NCBI GenBank assembly: GCA_030390025.1
Contig: CM059440.1
Location: forward strand, 22,878,001 to 22,942,000
Reading direction: 5' to 3'
Source: Squalus acanthias
Taxonomy: Eukaryota
Length of the DNA stretch: 64,000 nucleotides
Numbering within the stretch: position 1 is the stretch's first letter; each line of letters opens with the position of its first letter. The position numbers and the translations under genes are program-made. Under the pieces are notes generated by a model. It did not search any database. It worked only from the letters and a program-made list of their open reading frames with translations, and was not told where the DNA came from. This document shows positions 1-12,476 of the stretch, piece after piece.

Positions 1-140
1 CCTCCGACAGTGCAGCACTCCCTCAGTACTACACTGGGAGTGTCAGCCTGGATTAGGTGCTCAAGTCTCTGGAGTAGGACCTGAACCCACAACCTTCTGA
101 CTCAGAGGTGAGGGTGCTACCCACTGAGGCACTGGCTGAC
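1..140 (-). mobile_element. SacSINE1-like Deu-SINE, tRNA-derived 5' head (cut by window edge)
   Basis: Reverse complement matches the head of the copy at 20700 (GGCTCAGT..GGTAGCAC..CTCTGAGTCAGAAGGT..GGGTTCA). Confidence 0.8.
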
Positions 141-144
141 CACT

Positions 145-326
145 TATAGGGTAATACAGTTAAGTGTATAGGGTACCTACAGAGCTAAGTGAATAGGGTA
201 ATACAGCTAAGTGAATAGGGTAATACAGCTAAGTGAATAGGGTAATACAGTTAAGTGCATAGGGTACCTACAGAGCTAAGTGAATAGGGTAATACAGTTA
301 AGTGAATAGGGTAATACAGCTAAGTG
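145..326. repeat. Minisatellite: 8 units of 22/25 bp arranged as 2 x 91 bp
   Basis: Units AATAGGGTAATACAG(C/T)TAAGTG and (T/C)ATAGGGTACCTACAGAGCTAAGTG in the order ABAA-ABAA. Confidence 0.95.
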
Positions 327-1619
327 TGTGGCCATCTAGTTTATCACAGTATCAAGAAATTACGTAAGGGGAAACGTATTAACTCATGTTAATCCAATCT
401 TGAAATGCACGATCCACAATATTCTTAACAGTGCCCAACACCAAACCGCAGCCATTGCTGCAGAAGGCGGCCTAATAAATAGATTTTAGGTAAAAATCCG
501 GTCCCGGATGATTGCATTAGGTTGGACTGTGTGTGGTTGTTCCTTTACTTGATTTGATGCATTGAAACGTGGGTGGGGAAGGGAGGGCGCTGCGATTGTT
601 GTTTTCTGACTGAAAGTTATCCGAGCACAACCAGTCCTCCAAATAAACCCGATCATAAATAGCCCGTTGGGATGCTTCACTACATCAAAGGCGTTATATA
701 AATGCAACGTGTTGTTGTTGTGTTGTCGTCGGAGGCTAAAAGGACAAAAATTCCCCACAAGAAGAAAAATATGAACTCTGCAGGACGGGAATATTAAATT
801 GCCTGTACCTGTCAGAACGTTTGCGCGGAGCACATTTTACAAGATTCAAAAACAGCCAACATTAAATGGGCACCAGTGTATCTGACACTCCCTCAACTAT
901 TCCACGAGAATGGGCGCTCTCGCCATTGAAATCGAAATCAGCGGCACTGTTCCAGGAGGCACAACTTTGGAATATATATATATTTTTTTCTCCTAAATCC
1001 TGGAAGAATTTTTACAAGACATTTTATGAATCACACCAGAATCCAGCGCTCCGTTTTACAGGCAGTGAAAAGTTGGCAGAATTGAAATTCGCGGCGCTGA
1101 TTTGTGTGTGTTTGGTACGGATGGCGATTCTGGAGCCTCTGTAGCTTGTTTATAAAACTGGTGATAGAAGCCATTCGGTGATGATGAACAGCCTTCAGTT
1201 CATTTCTACCGTCCCCCCGATAGCTGCCGACGGCACGTTTCCCATCACTGGCGCTTGCCAGTGAATTCAAATATTATCTGCAATTAAATATTACAAGATT
1301 TGGAAAAGAACGCGGTTTCTGCCTTTTTCATTGCTTGGGTGCTGAAGGATGGTGTATCGCTTTAAACCTTAGTTTTATCATTGCGGAGAAAGGTGCCTGA
1401 GTTCCGGCATTGCTTCTTGAAACAAACAAAAACCAACAGGCAGCCACGAGGTGGGAGGAGAGAATTTTTAACAACCAGTGCCACCTACTGACTGAAATGT
1501 AAATACATCTAAATGCACAGGGCACGCACAAGTAAGCGTGTAGCCCACTGTATTATTACATTGTAAAGTAAACAAATCTCCAAACACAAGAAAATAAGGT
1601 GAAACTGTTTCCACTGGCA

Positions 1620-1872
1620 GGAGGTTCGGTAACCAGAGGACGCAGATTTAAAATAATTGGCAAAAGAACCGGGGGAAGATGATGAGAATTTCTTTGACTG
1701 AGTTGTTATGATCTGGAATGCACTGCCTGAAAGGGCAGGTGGAGGCAGATCCAAGAGTAACTTTCAAAAGGGAATTGGATAAATACCTGAAAAGGAAAAA
1801 CATGCTCATGCAAAAAGCCTGCACAGGCACGATGGGCCGAATGGCTTCCTTCTGTGCTGTCTGATTCTATGC
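1620..1872 (+). mobile_element. CR1 LINE 3' end fragment
   Basis: ATCTGGAATGCACTGCCTGAAAGGG...GGGCCGAATGGC tail, shared with 23370 and 57980. Confidence 0.85.
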
Positions 1873-2059
1873 ACAACTTACGAATGCAACAGAAAATCCA
1901 TCTTTAATCGTTGGACTAATCTATCGATTTAAAAAGCAGTCTCTCCATGTCTGCCCATTGTCAGATCTGATTGGTCTGTGAAATCAGTCACCGTTAATGT
2001 GTTAGCAGAGATTGATTACAACCCTGAGGGCAACGCAAGTGCTCTGTTGCCCCTGAGTT

Positions 2060-2407
2060 CCAGTGCTCTCCCACCCCTGGGTTCCAGTGTTCCAGACATC
2101 AGTGCTCTCCCGCCCCTGGGTTCCAGTGTTCCAGACATCAGTGCTCTCCCACCCCTGGGTTCCAGTGCTCCAGACATCAGTGCTCTCCCACCCCTGGGTT
2201 CCAGTGCTCCAGACATCAGTGCTCTCCCGCCCCTGGGTTCCAGTGCTCCAGACATCAGTGCTCTCCCGCCCCTGGGTTCCAGTGCTCCAGCCATCAGTGC
2301 TCTCCCACCCCTGGGTTCCAGTGCTCCAGACGTCAGTGCTCTCCCGCCCCTGGGTTCTAGTGCTCCAGACATCAGTGCTCTCCCACCCCTGGGTTCCAGT
2401 GCTCCAG
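2060..2407. repeat. 39-bp minisatellite, about 9 copies
   Basis: Unit CAGTGCTCTCCC(A/G)CCCCTGGGTTCCAGTG(C/T)TCCAGACAT. It generates the repetitive ORFs at 1978-2770. Confidence 0.97.
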
Positions 2408-2764
2408 GTTGTTGGCGCTATGCAGACGATGGGAACCAAGGCAGTACTGAGGAGATTTCCTCTTGCTTGGTTGCTGTCCTGGCCTACAGGTGACCTATGT
2501 GGCAGGTCTGGGTTTGAACCACATGGGACCCAGGGAGCCTCCAGTAACAGGAGTAGCAGCATTAGGATGTTCACTCTGCCCCGGCCTCACCGGCTCATTC
2601 CAACAAGCTACGTCTTGGTCATCATCTCCAACAAGACCGGCCTGACTGTTCCAGAGCCACAGCTCGCCTTCCATCACCAACACGGGCCTGCCTGCTTCCA
2701 TCCCTGGCATTGGGCTTCCACCTCTGATCCAAGACACAGCCTTGATCTCTCTCTTCTCACAAGA

Positions 2765-3500
2765 TCATAATATAGTTACAGATGTGGAAAGTCATTTGGT
2801 TTAACAAAATTAATCCATGCAGAAAGATCCTAAAGTCCCCCATTGCAGCATCCAATTGTTTCTTAAATGCTTCTAGGCTTTTTGCTTCCACGACTCTACC
2901 TGGAATACTATTCCACATGTTGATCCAGCTTTGTGTGAAGGATTTCCCCAAACCTTTCCTAAAATTACCTTTTACTAGTTTGAACCTGTGTCCCCTTGTT
3001 TTACTCTTAAAATTTTAATTTAACTATCTTGCAAACCCCCATAAGGTCTCTTCTTTCCAGGCTGAAAAGGTCAAGTTTCCTCTGCCACTTTACCTTTAAT
3101 TCCATGGGCCTTAATCATTTTTGCAATTTCTTCTGTGCCACTTTAGCAAATATGTTTTGAAAATCCAAATAAACCACATCCACTCCGTTCCCTTTGTCGA
3201 TACATCTGGTGAGTTCCTCAAAGAATTTGGTTAACTTAGTCAAGCTGATCATCTCTTTACAAATCCGACCCTCATTAGCGTATGTCCTTACAAGTGTTTG
3301 CTAATATTTTCCTTATTTGGTCTCCAACAGGTTTCCTACTATTAACTTGAGCCTAACTGGCTTACCACTTGCTCCTTTTTATGATTAGCTGTTTAACAAA
3401 TAGTACATTCCAGTCTGTTGGTACAATTACTATTTCTAAAAAATAAAATGGTAAATAATGGTTAGCCATTTCATTGCTAATCTCCCATAATATTTGGGGT
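2765..3500 (-). mobile_element. Old CR1 LINE fragments
   Basis: Minus translation WNSIPGRVVEAKSLEAFKKQLD is typical of the CR1 ORF2 C-terminus; degraded RT-like sequence follows. Confidence 0.7.
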
Positions 3501-3536
3501 GTAGCCCATTCCAGACTTCTAACTTATTGGCCCCAG

Positions 3537-4088
3537 GAGGACCAAACGCAGATTGGGTGACCACTTTGCGGAACGCCTCCGTTCAGTCCGTAAGGGTGAT
3601 CCCGAGCTTCCGGTCGCTTGTCACTTTAATTCTCCGCTCCACTCCCACCTCTCTGTCCTCGGCCTCTTACACTGTTCCAATGAAGCTCAATGTAAGCTCG
3701 AGGAACAGCACCTCATCTTTCGATTAGGCACTTTACAGCCTTCTGGACTCAACATTGAGTTCAACAATTTCAGACTATAACCCCTGCCCACACTTTTACA
3801 GGCGGCAGCTGTTGATGATTCTGCTATCCTCATTTGCAGCATTTAATCTCTCCTGCCTTCCATCCTAGCACAGACGGTCTCTTTTGTTCTTTCCTCCCCT
3901 CCTCGTCTTTCCCTGCCTCTGCACCTGCTTAAAACCTGTTACATCCCTAACTTTTTCCAGTTCTGACGAAGGGTCACAGACCTGAAACGTTGACTCTGTT
4001 TCTCTCTCCACGGATGCCGCCTGGCCTGCTGAGTGTTTCCAGCATTTTCTGTTGTTATTTCAGATTTCCAGCATCCGCAGTATTTTGC
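3537..4088 (+). mobile_element. Penelope-like element 3' fragment (GIY-YIG endonuclease C-terminus plus terminal repeat)
   Basis: GDHFAERLRSVRKGDPELPVACHFNS...LEEQHLIFRLGTLQPSGLNIEFNNFR, followed by the TTCTGACGAAGGGTC..GACCTGAAACGT terminal motif. Confidence 0.85.
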
Positions 4089-5349
4089 TATTGGGCCAGA
4101 AATTAGACTAGGACTGGGTAAGCTGGCTACCAGCCTAATTTCGGAGTTCCCATAGGGAAAAGCCTCTGCCCACCCCATACAAGGCCAGTGGTGTCAAAGA
4201 AGGTTGGGCCCAGGGCAGAGATTTCCTGTGCTAGGAGTTCCTGTATCCCCGGCCTAGGATTTAGAGCAGATTTGGCAGCCAGTACTCCCAGTGAGAAGAG
4301 CCTGCTGAATGGCGTTTTTGGGGCCCACCTTGGAGGTCCAGGCAAAGGACTGTGGCCTGGAACCTCAGATCAATAGCGGAGATTTTTTTCTATCAGTCCC
4401 CTTACAACTGACTATATGCCACAGTTTCCATTATGGGAGGCAGACGCCCATAATGGCCTGGGTGCCTGCCGAGAACATTTCGATTAGGTGACTGCACATA
4501 TTCTGGTTGGGTTAACAGCAGAGGTCACCGCCCGGCGCAATCTCAACAGAATTGCCGAGATCACAGGCCCACATGTTTTCTGGGCCATTATCTTTAACTC
4601 CCATTAATTCTTTCAATAAAGTGCAAAGCAGTCGCAATGATTGATTTGGGCAGCCCTCAGTTTGATCGTTACATCCAGTTGATCACAAGTTTTAATCAAT
4701 TTTATTTACTGACATAAATCAGTACAGTGCTACAAACACCACAGATGACAAACGCATTGGAGAATGAGACGACAGTGTTAAATGTCCAAAGTGGCATTGT
4801 GTGTCCAGTGGAGTAGTGTGAAATCAACATCTGGGTCTTCACCATCGAGCCTGGGTTCTGGTTGGTCAGGCAGTCATTCATAATTTTAGACCACATTGTT
4901 TATCAGGTTGGACAATGTGGACCATGGGATTTTAAAATGTTTCACCAGATCTCTTTGACTAGTTTTTATCACTGTCTCAACGTCCTGCAAAATCTCCACT
5001 TTGCTTTGCAAGGGCAACACAGAGGGGTTCCATCAAGTATTTTAAATCAGCAAAGAACGCTATGCAAAATGTGCTGTTCAGGAGAAAAGAAAGATGCACC
5101 ACACAATTTTGCATTGCTACGGCAGGTGAATGCTGTTCTAATTCACATTCCCACCAGCTGTTAAATTCTTCACCTGCAGCTACTGGACAGTGTTGCACAT
5201 AACAGACAAGGTGCAAGCCCGTGGGCTAACTGGCAAATCATTAGGCTGGATTTGTGCGTAGCTGGAAGGCGGACAGCAGAGTGGTGGTGTGTAGGGAGGT
5301 ATGCCATTGGATTTTCACAGGGATTGGTGTTGGGGGGGGGGGGGGGGGG

Positions 5350-6400
5350 GGTCACTGTTGTTTATAACTTCTATATAAGTGACTTAGAAAAGAGAACATT
5401 GCCCAAGGTGTCTAAGGTTGCAAACAACCCTGAACTGTGTGCAGTGGCCAATGATGCAAAGCAGTGTTTGATAATAATAGGGAGCTGGACAAGTTGGATT
5501 AATGGACGGAAGAGGTGGCAAATGGAGTTCAACAGAGACAAGTGTAAAGTCATGACTAAGTAGAAAAGTTAATACTTAATGCTAACGTGTTTGAGGTAAC
5601 AGAGCAGGAAAGCAGCAGATCTGGGAGTTTTGGCGGATTAGTGCTTGCATTATAACAGCAGCTACGCATCTAAACACTTCACCGGCTGTGAAATACTTTG
5701 GGATGTCCCAAGGACGTGAGAGGCGTGATATAAATACAAGTTAATTCTTTCATTTAGGTCATTAAAATTGCCAGTTCAGTGTTTGCAGTCAGTTAAGAAA
5801 GCAAATAAAACGTTGGGATAGTGCAGGGGTGCATTATCAGGCCTTGGTGAGATTTCATCTGAAGTATTTTATTCAGCTTTGTTCTCCACATTACAGAAAA
5901 GCTAGGGAGTTATTAGAGGAAATCCTGGGGATGGAGGGGCGGTGGGCACGAGGCTGATTCCTGAACTTAGAGAGCTGGTTTATGAGGAAAGATTGTCTAC
6001 CCAGGGACTTTAGTGTCTTGTGAAGAGGAGAATGAGCGAGGACTTGCTAAGGTCCTTAAAATTTTCAGGGATAGGGAGAAATTAGATCCAGAAACTTCTT
6101 GTGTCAGGTACAGAATTTAAGGATGAGGGAACACAATTTAGAGTTAAGGGTATCAAAAGAAATTAGGCAACATTTTTTTTTCGTAGGAGGGTGGTAGAAA
6201 TGTGGACAAGATTACCAACAGAGTTGAACAGAAAACCATGGCAGGTTTTAAAAAGAACTGGATGAATTCCTGTTAGCAGTTAGGATTCAGGGTAATTAAT
6301 TGTAGAATCACAGTAAGAAACTTGATGGGAGGTTTGGAAGGGTAGGCTAGATCGGGAGACACTGATCTTGTCCTGCCCAAAACATTACCATGTTACTGTG
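5350..6400 (+). mobile_element. Highly degraded CR1 ORF2 relic with a SINE/L2-type tail inserted near 5650-5750
   Basis: RWQMEFNRDKCKVM motif and downstream CR1-like sequence. Confidence 0.7.
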
Positions 6401-7145
6401 TAGCTGAGATATGCACAGCGAATTGTGGAGTTGCTTGCTGCCTGTGAAGTACTGAAGAAAATTTACTTTGAATCTGGTGGTTTACAATGAAAATGTGCTG
6501 ACCATTGCAAGTGAGAGCACCAGCACAAATGGGAATGGATTTGATCCTCTGTTAGCCAAAGGTACTCTACAAGCAGTGGTATTTAAAGCCAAACTTCACT
6601 ATTTTACTACCTATCATGACTTACCTTGCAGAACAAAATGACACTAAAAGACAAGCACAAAGATAAAGTTTATGCTCATTGGGAGTGTTCATTTGCTGTC
6701 TACTTGGAACAGACCCCCAGAGATGGTAGTTGATTCAGGACCAATTGACACATTTAAGAGGGAGCCAGATTGATATCTGTTGAGAGGGATGCTTGATGGT
6801 TATACAGATTTTAGCAGCACTTTTCATCTGAGGAGGAAGCGAAAGAGATACAGGCTGGGAATTTCCTACTGGGCTTTGCTGCTGTTCCACTGCTGTAACT
6901 TCACCCGAAGTCACGTCGGGGGGAGCGGGAGCAGCTCCGAGGAAATTCCCAGCCATAGTGTTGGTTAAAATAGGGGACCAAGAGATAGTGGCAGCCCATG
7001 ATAGAGTAATCATAAACGGTCTCTGCACGGAGGAGGCTTGATAGGCCAAATGGCCCTTGTTCGAGAATTTCTTAGGTTCCTAACTCTATAAATAAAGTGG
7101 CTTTTCAAATGTTCCTAAAATGGCTCCACAGTCTATTGCCAAATC

Positions 7146-8118
7146 TCAAAATCTTGGTCTCCGACTTATTCGGAGGATATTATATGTATTAAGACCCGGA
7201 GCATCAAAACCAGTAGACAGGCCTTTTCTATTGAACTGAAAAAAATTAAACAGCTGTCCATCTTGAGCTTCAAGTGATACTGAAGCTGTGCTGAATTTCA
7301 AGACACATGGATATTCTTTTTCAAATACAATTTGAAATACCCTCTCTTCTAAATAACATAGCTTGATAGTCCTATATCTCTCAGGTATCAAGGTTTCAAT
7401 ATGAGGGCCAAACTGCTGCATCACTAATACTCCATTCTCATCTTTCTTTATCTCATAAAAGGTCAAATTTGCAAATGTATAGTAACCGACATAAGGCTTC
7501 GAGTGAGGAGGCGGAGAAAGAACCTTGTTGCTTTGTCGGAAGGCAGACTCCATCGCAGGTATTAGATAATTATAAACTCCCGCAGTCAAGTCTTCCTCTT
7601 GGGGCCGGGAACCTGACATCAAAATAATGAATCCTAATTTGAGTTTAGGAACCAGGGAAAACGTAGCCGAGTAACCATCCAAGTCGCCATCTTTCTTAAT
7701 GATATCATAACCAAATAGTTCATTGATTTCCCACGGTGTTCCTGTCTTGCTGGCAAAGTAATCCTCAGAACACCTGAATACCGGCGTAAGCATCATTTTT
7801 ATGGCGTCAGGCTCCAGAAGATGTTTGTGAATAGCTCCCAAAAGCACCATAGCCAATTTCGCCAGATCAGCAGCAGTTGAATACATTTGGCCAGAGGGTC
7901 GGTACCAACCAAGGTCGTAAAGCTGTGCTGGCTGGCCATTGCTGTAAACACCGACCGCTAGCTGAGAGCGGACTGATAGTGTAAACTCAAATCCAGTGTG
8001 CTCCATTCCTATTTTAGTTAAAATATTCTCAGTAATCCAGCGCTGATAGTCTGATCCAACAACTTTATTGGCCAGGATGTGAGCCAGGAGGGAAAATGCC
8101 AAATTACTGTAATGGCAT
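7146..8118 (-). CDS. LACTBL1: LACTBL1 last coding exon (YxN motif, KDG motif, stop TGA)
   Basis: AG acceptor at 8119-8120. Reads (R)CHYSNLAFSLLAH...RPSGQMYSTAADLAK...KKDGDLDGY...RRPRF*. Phase 2 matches the upstream exon. Confidence 0.95.
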
Positions 8119-8187
8119 CTAAGAAAGATAGAATAGTAAGTGTCATTCAGTTATTATAGCACTTCCTGTTATATAATAATATTATAA

Positions 8188-8352
8188 TAACGCTCCTTAA
8201 AACCTATCTCTTTGACCAAGCTTTTGGTCATTTGCCCTAACATCTTATGTGGCTCGGTGTCAAATTTTGTTTTTTTGATAACGCTTCTGTGAAGCGCCTT
8301 GGAACGTTTTATTACATTAAGGGCACTATATAAATGTAAGTTGTTGTTGTTG
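8188..8352 (+). mobile_element. L2 LINE 3' tail
   Basis: CTGTGAAGCGCCTTGG...CTATATAAATGTAAG(TTG)n, the same tail as the L2 at 24365. Confidence 0.8.
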
Positions 8353-8867
8353 CCTTTGCACATATGCTTCCTTGCATAAAAACATTAAATAGAACCTAAA
8401 TTATGAAGCATCTATCTATTTACCTGTAATATACATATGGCTGCATGCACTTCCGGTTGTGATTTTTTGTGTGCCAATTTTTTGCCATTATAAAGTCCTA
8501 AATCTGCCTTTATAATGGGAGATGCTTCTGTAAATTTGTCACTGATGATATAATCTGGCTACCAGGTCTCCCCAATTCTCTTAAATGGTTTCTGAAAATC
8601 CAATTATTTTTATTCCTTGGTAACAAATTCGTGGGTCCCTGAACCATTGCTGAAAATACAGCAGAGTGAGGCTTCTAACCACCGACTGACCCATGGGTGG
8701 ACCAATCAGAAATACCAAAGTCAACTAATTTAAATATTGCTGGGCAGGACAAGGACCTAAGTTCCATCAACAGTTGACTTGTTCCCCTGGCGGGGGTGGG
8801 TGGGGGGGGGGAGCAGGAAAATTTGTGAGATGGGGCAAAGAGTCTAAAGGGGTCAGTGACAGTAGAA

Positions 8868-9218
8868 GGGGTTTGACAGTGTTAATACTGGGAAAATGTT
8901 TCCCCTGGCTGGGGAATCTAGAACACGGGGTCACTGTCACAAAATAAGGGGTAGGCCATTTAGGACTGAGATGAGGAGAAATTTCTTCACTCAAAGGGTT
9001 GTGAATCTTTGGAATTCTCTACCCCAGAGAGCGGTGGATGCTCAGTCGTTAAGTATATTCAAGACAGAGGTCGATAAGTTTTTGGGAATGAAGGGATATG
9101 GGGATAGTGCGGGAAGGTGGAGTTGAGGTAGAAGATCAGCCATGATCTTATTGAATGGCGGAGCAGGCTTGAAGGGCCAAATGGCCGACTCCAGCTCCTA
9201 TTTCTTATGTTCTTATGT
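8868..9218 (+). mobile_element. CR1 LINE 3' fragment
   Basis: MFPLAGESRTRGH..IRGRPFRTEMRRNFFTQRVVNLWNSLPQ; tail TTCTTATGTTCTTATG. Confidence 0.9.
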
Positions 9219-11593
9219 AAGCAGCACCACCACGACCAAAACAGGGCAGCTAAGTTTTCAGAGGGTGATGTGAAGATATATCACTCCTTGGCCTCATAGT
9301 GTTCACCCATTATCTTATGGGGCTGCTTAGTGCACCAGTCATCCAAAGTCCCATCCTTCACCCACGTGACCTGAGTAGATACCTTCACTCACAGACCTCC
9401 CTCTTAATGTTCCCTTCCCATGTGCTTAGTTCCTTCCAGCTCCTATCTTTCCCTTCAGTTTGAATGCTGACTGCATGGGCTCAATAGGATGTTGTGTCAC
9501 CCACATGCATTTCACATTGTTTAACATTCTTCCTTCAGGAGAAGATTGTCCGAAATTCCAGGGTAAGACAGGGCATGAAGGTGGGGTTGGAGGGGGAGGG
9601 GGGAGATTTGAGTCCAGACCCCTCATGAGGAAGAGGGCCCATCCCTCCTGGGGAGGCACTCAAACCCAGACTGTGACTGTTAGAGAAGTGAGAGGCTGTG
9701 TGTCGTATACCTCCCGCTGCTTTTCTCTGCTCTTTGGTGGGAGCACAGCCAGACCTCTTACAAGGAGACTCCTGTTATGCATTTCTCTGCGACAGGCATT
9801 TTTCTACTTTGTCCAGCGCACTTTCTAACCTATCATCCTGCACTTTCCTTCTAGATGCAAGACAGCAGGGAGCAGTGGAGGAAGAGAGAACGAGTAGAAG
9901 GAAGTAGTAGTAGCAGGCCTCTCAACCTCTGGATACACCACCACATCACCACCCACTTCATCATTCACCATCTCGCTCTCCACCACCAGCCCAGAGAACC
10001 CCCAGGCAGAGGTGGAGAGACATTTTAGATGGAGACTTTGCCCCGGCGACGCACAGGGCACAAGGCAGTCAGAGAAGGCAGCAGTGGAAAAATAGCCTAA
10101 GGTTGCTGAGCCCAGGTTTAGGAAGCTGCAGATTAGATTTCCGGGGGTCCTGCCATGAAAACAAGAATGTTGGCCGAGCGTTACACATACGGGGAGGGAC
10201 TGCACAGGCTCTCCCAGGATGCACAGCAGATGGTTGGGGTCATGGTGGAGTCCAAAACCATTCTCTGCGCTATGATCAGGGAAGGCTTCTCGTCCATGTA
10301 GAATGAGCGGCAGCTCCAGGAACATCTTCATCTGCCCCCCTCAATAGAGAGACTGGTCAGTGCCTCCAACATGGACGCAGTAACAACGGAGTACCAGGTC
10401 TTGGGGAATTGTTTGGAGACAATGATGGTGAGTGACTTCCAAGATCTTCCAAGTACCATCGCTCAGGGATCGCAGGAAGCCTTTAGGTAGTCCTCGTCTT
10501 GCCTAGGGAGACTTTACACCTGCAGATAATGTCCTCTCATGAAGTGGTCTTCCTCCTCCTCCAAGTCATGGAACAGTATGAGCGTTGATACAGCTCCCAA
10601 CCTCCTTAGGCATCACTTGTACTGCAGCAGGATTGTGACACTGTAAATGTGAGTGTAGCCCAGCAAAACAAAGGCTTGAACAAAAAGGCAGCACTACACA
10701 GAAATACCAAAGCCTAACTTTAAGAAGCTTGACTAAGCAGTTCTTACTAGCTCAGCAGTCATATGCCCAGTTATAATAGGTAAAGTAACACTAGTTATGA
10801 AGCCCGCACACGCTGGTAGCACAGCCAAGCTATCAAGCCCTCAAAATCACGTCGTAAAATTGGATCTGCTAAGTAAAAAAAAATTGCACAAAATTCTGTT
10901 CCCGATTTCCCCACCTGCTTCCGCTAATGAGGCGGCCTCAAGCTGCGGGTGTGGCCTCACAACATTGCTCAGATGTTGTTCTGTTACAGTAAGGTGAGTC
11001 AGTGCTTAGAAAATTTCTTAAGACAAAGAGGACTAATAGCACTGATAATGTACTTCTGCTTTCACTCAATTTGTCTCGGATGTGGGTTAGTTGCAACATT
11101 AATCCATAAGTGCACCATAACTCTCATCTAAAATGCAACCCCCACTGCAGAAGCATAACACCCGCTCCACCTCACGCGCTCTGGACATTGGTCTGTCAGC
11201 GTAATCACGCTGGCGCCTTCCAGATTAGTTATAATGGCAGCAAAACACCAATCAAATATATTTTGAGGCAGTCTTTGTGATGGAAACCAGATTAAATCTG
11301 TCCTTACTTGTTATTGCAGTGAGATGAGCGATCTTCCCACCATATTGTTTAAGGTGGGTTGAAGCCAGACCCCTTGCGCTACTCTCATGAACGGTTTCAC
11401 CAACTATTTGTATAGAATAAAGAAACATTGGAATACTTAACTGGGTACGGATGGTTCATTACACATAAATTTTTTTAAAAATCAATCAAGGGACAGCTAG
11501 AAGTTCTAATTGGTCAGCAATTCTTTAAAAAGTTTGAAATTCCGCGCTACTTTTTGTCAGCGTTGCAGGATGATATAAAAGTTGAACTCCAAC

Positions 11594-11699
11594 CTTGTGC
11601 CAGGATCCGCAACAAGTAAATCGTCCTGCAGAAGATTCAGTGCCATCTCAGTGTTTCCTTCCCATAGCAGACTAGTTGACCTGAGTCGCCTGGGTAACC
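11594..11699 (-). CDS. LACTBL1: LACTBL1 coding exon (106 nt)
   Basis: AG/GT boundaries. (G)LPRRLRSTSLLWEGNTEMALNLLQDDLLVADPGT(R); phase 1 in, phase 2 out, consistent with neighbours. Confidence 0.93.
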
Positions 11700-12476
11700 C
11701 TGCAAACCATTTCACACAACATTTAAATGTTTCTGCAACTAAAGCCAACAATTACAAGTCCTTAGGGGTTGATCTCAAACTGAAAGCCACCAAAACCTTA
11801 AGGTACACTGAAGCATGATTGGGAAGTTGGAGAATGTGAAAAGGCGACAGATAAAGAAATTAATTTTATTTAAAAAAAAGTGATTTCTCCACATAATTGA
11901 ATATTATGTGGCCAAGTTTACTTGGCTGTTTCACTGTCTTTCGCTGGATACATTGGGTCACCTTGGAACAGTGGCCATGGTCATAGGCCTTGATTGAGGC
12001 CTGTTTTTGAATTGTCAGCTTTTTGGGGTGGCGTCAGCTTTTTTGAAGCTATTTGTGAGCTTTTCCGAGGTTTGTGGGTTGGCATGTATGCAGATGAGGG
12101 TTATAAAATTTGATGTTTTGTGATACTATCTAAATTCTTTGTTAAGATATTTCGTTCACTGGGAGAGCATACAGCAAATTTGGGCCCATAGGTCAGCAGG
12201 CTTCGCAGGATGGAAAATATTCTGGGACCTCCTGAAGTCCAGGCCCAAATTTCCAATATATGCTCCTGGCCTGTAAACTGCACAGGTGCAAATGTGTAAA
12301 ACCTGCTCATAATTGGCTTAGGTGTTCACTACGCTCTTTCTTTGACTTACTCCATGCTAACTCTATTTCTTGACATAACGTTGTTACTTTCTAAAATGAT
12401 TAACTAGACAACATTTACTGTGTCAGTTTAATCTATATTTTGTTCAAGAATATATGTTGTAAAATACTTTCCTCAC

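Noticed and set aside
1978-2770. Repeat proteins or a CRISPR array
   Set aside because: Head-to-tail 39-bp units with no unique spacers. The ORFs arise because the unit length is a multiple of 3.
7146-8102. 318-aa ORF as a stand-alone bacterial beta-lactamase, contamination or recent horizontal transfer
   Set aside because: It lacks SxxK on its own and is the terminal exon of a spliced gene with phase-consistent GT-AG introns full of shark repeats.
9260-10620. ORFs of 122 and 168 aa as a gene or a named transposon
   Set aside because: Looks like degraded TE sequence with only a weak RNase H-like hint (LHGREAFPDHSA); not enough to call.
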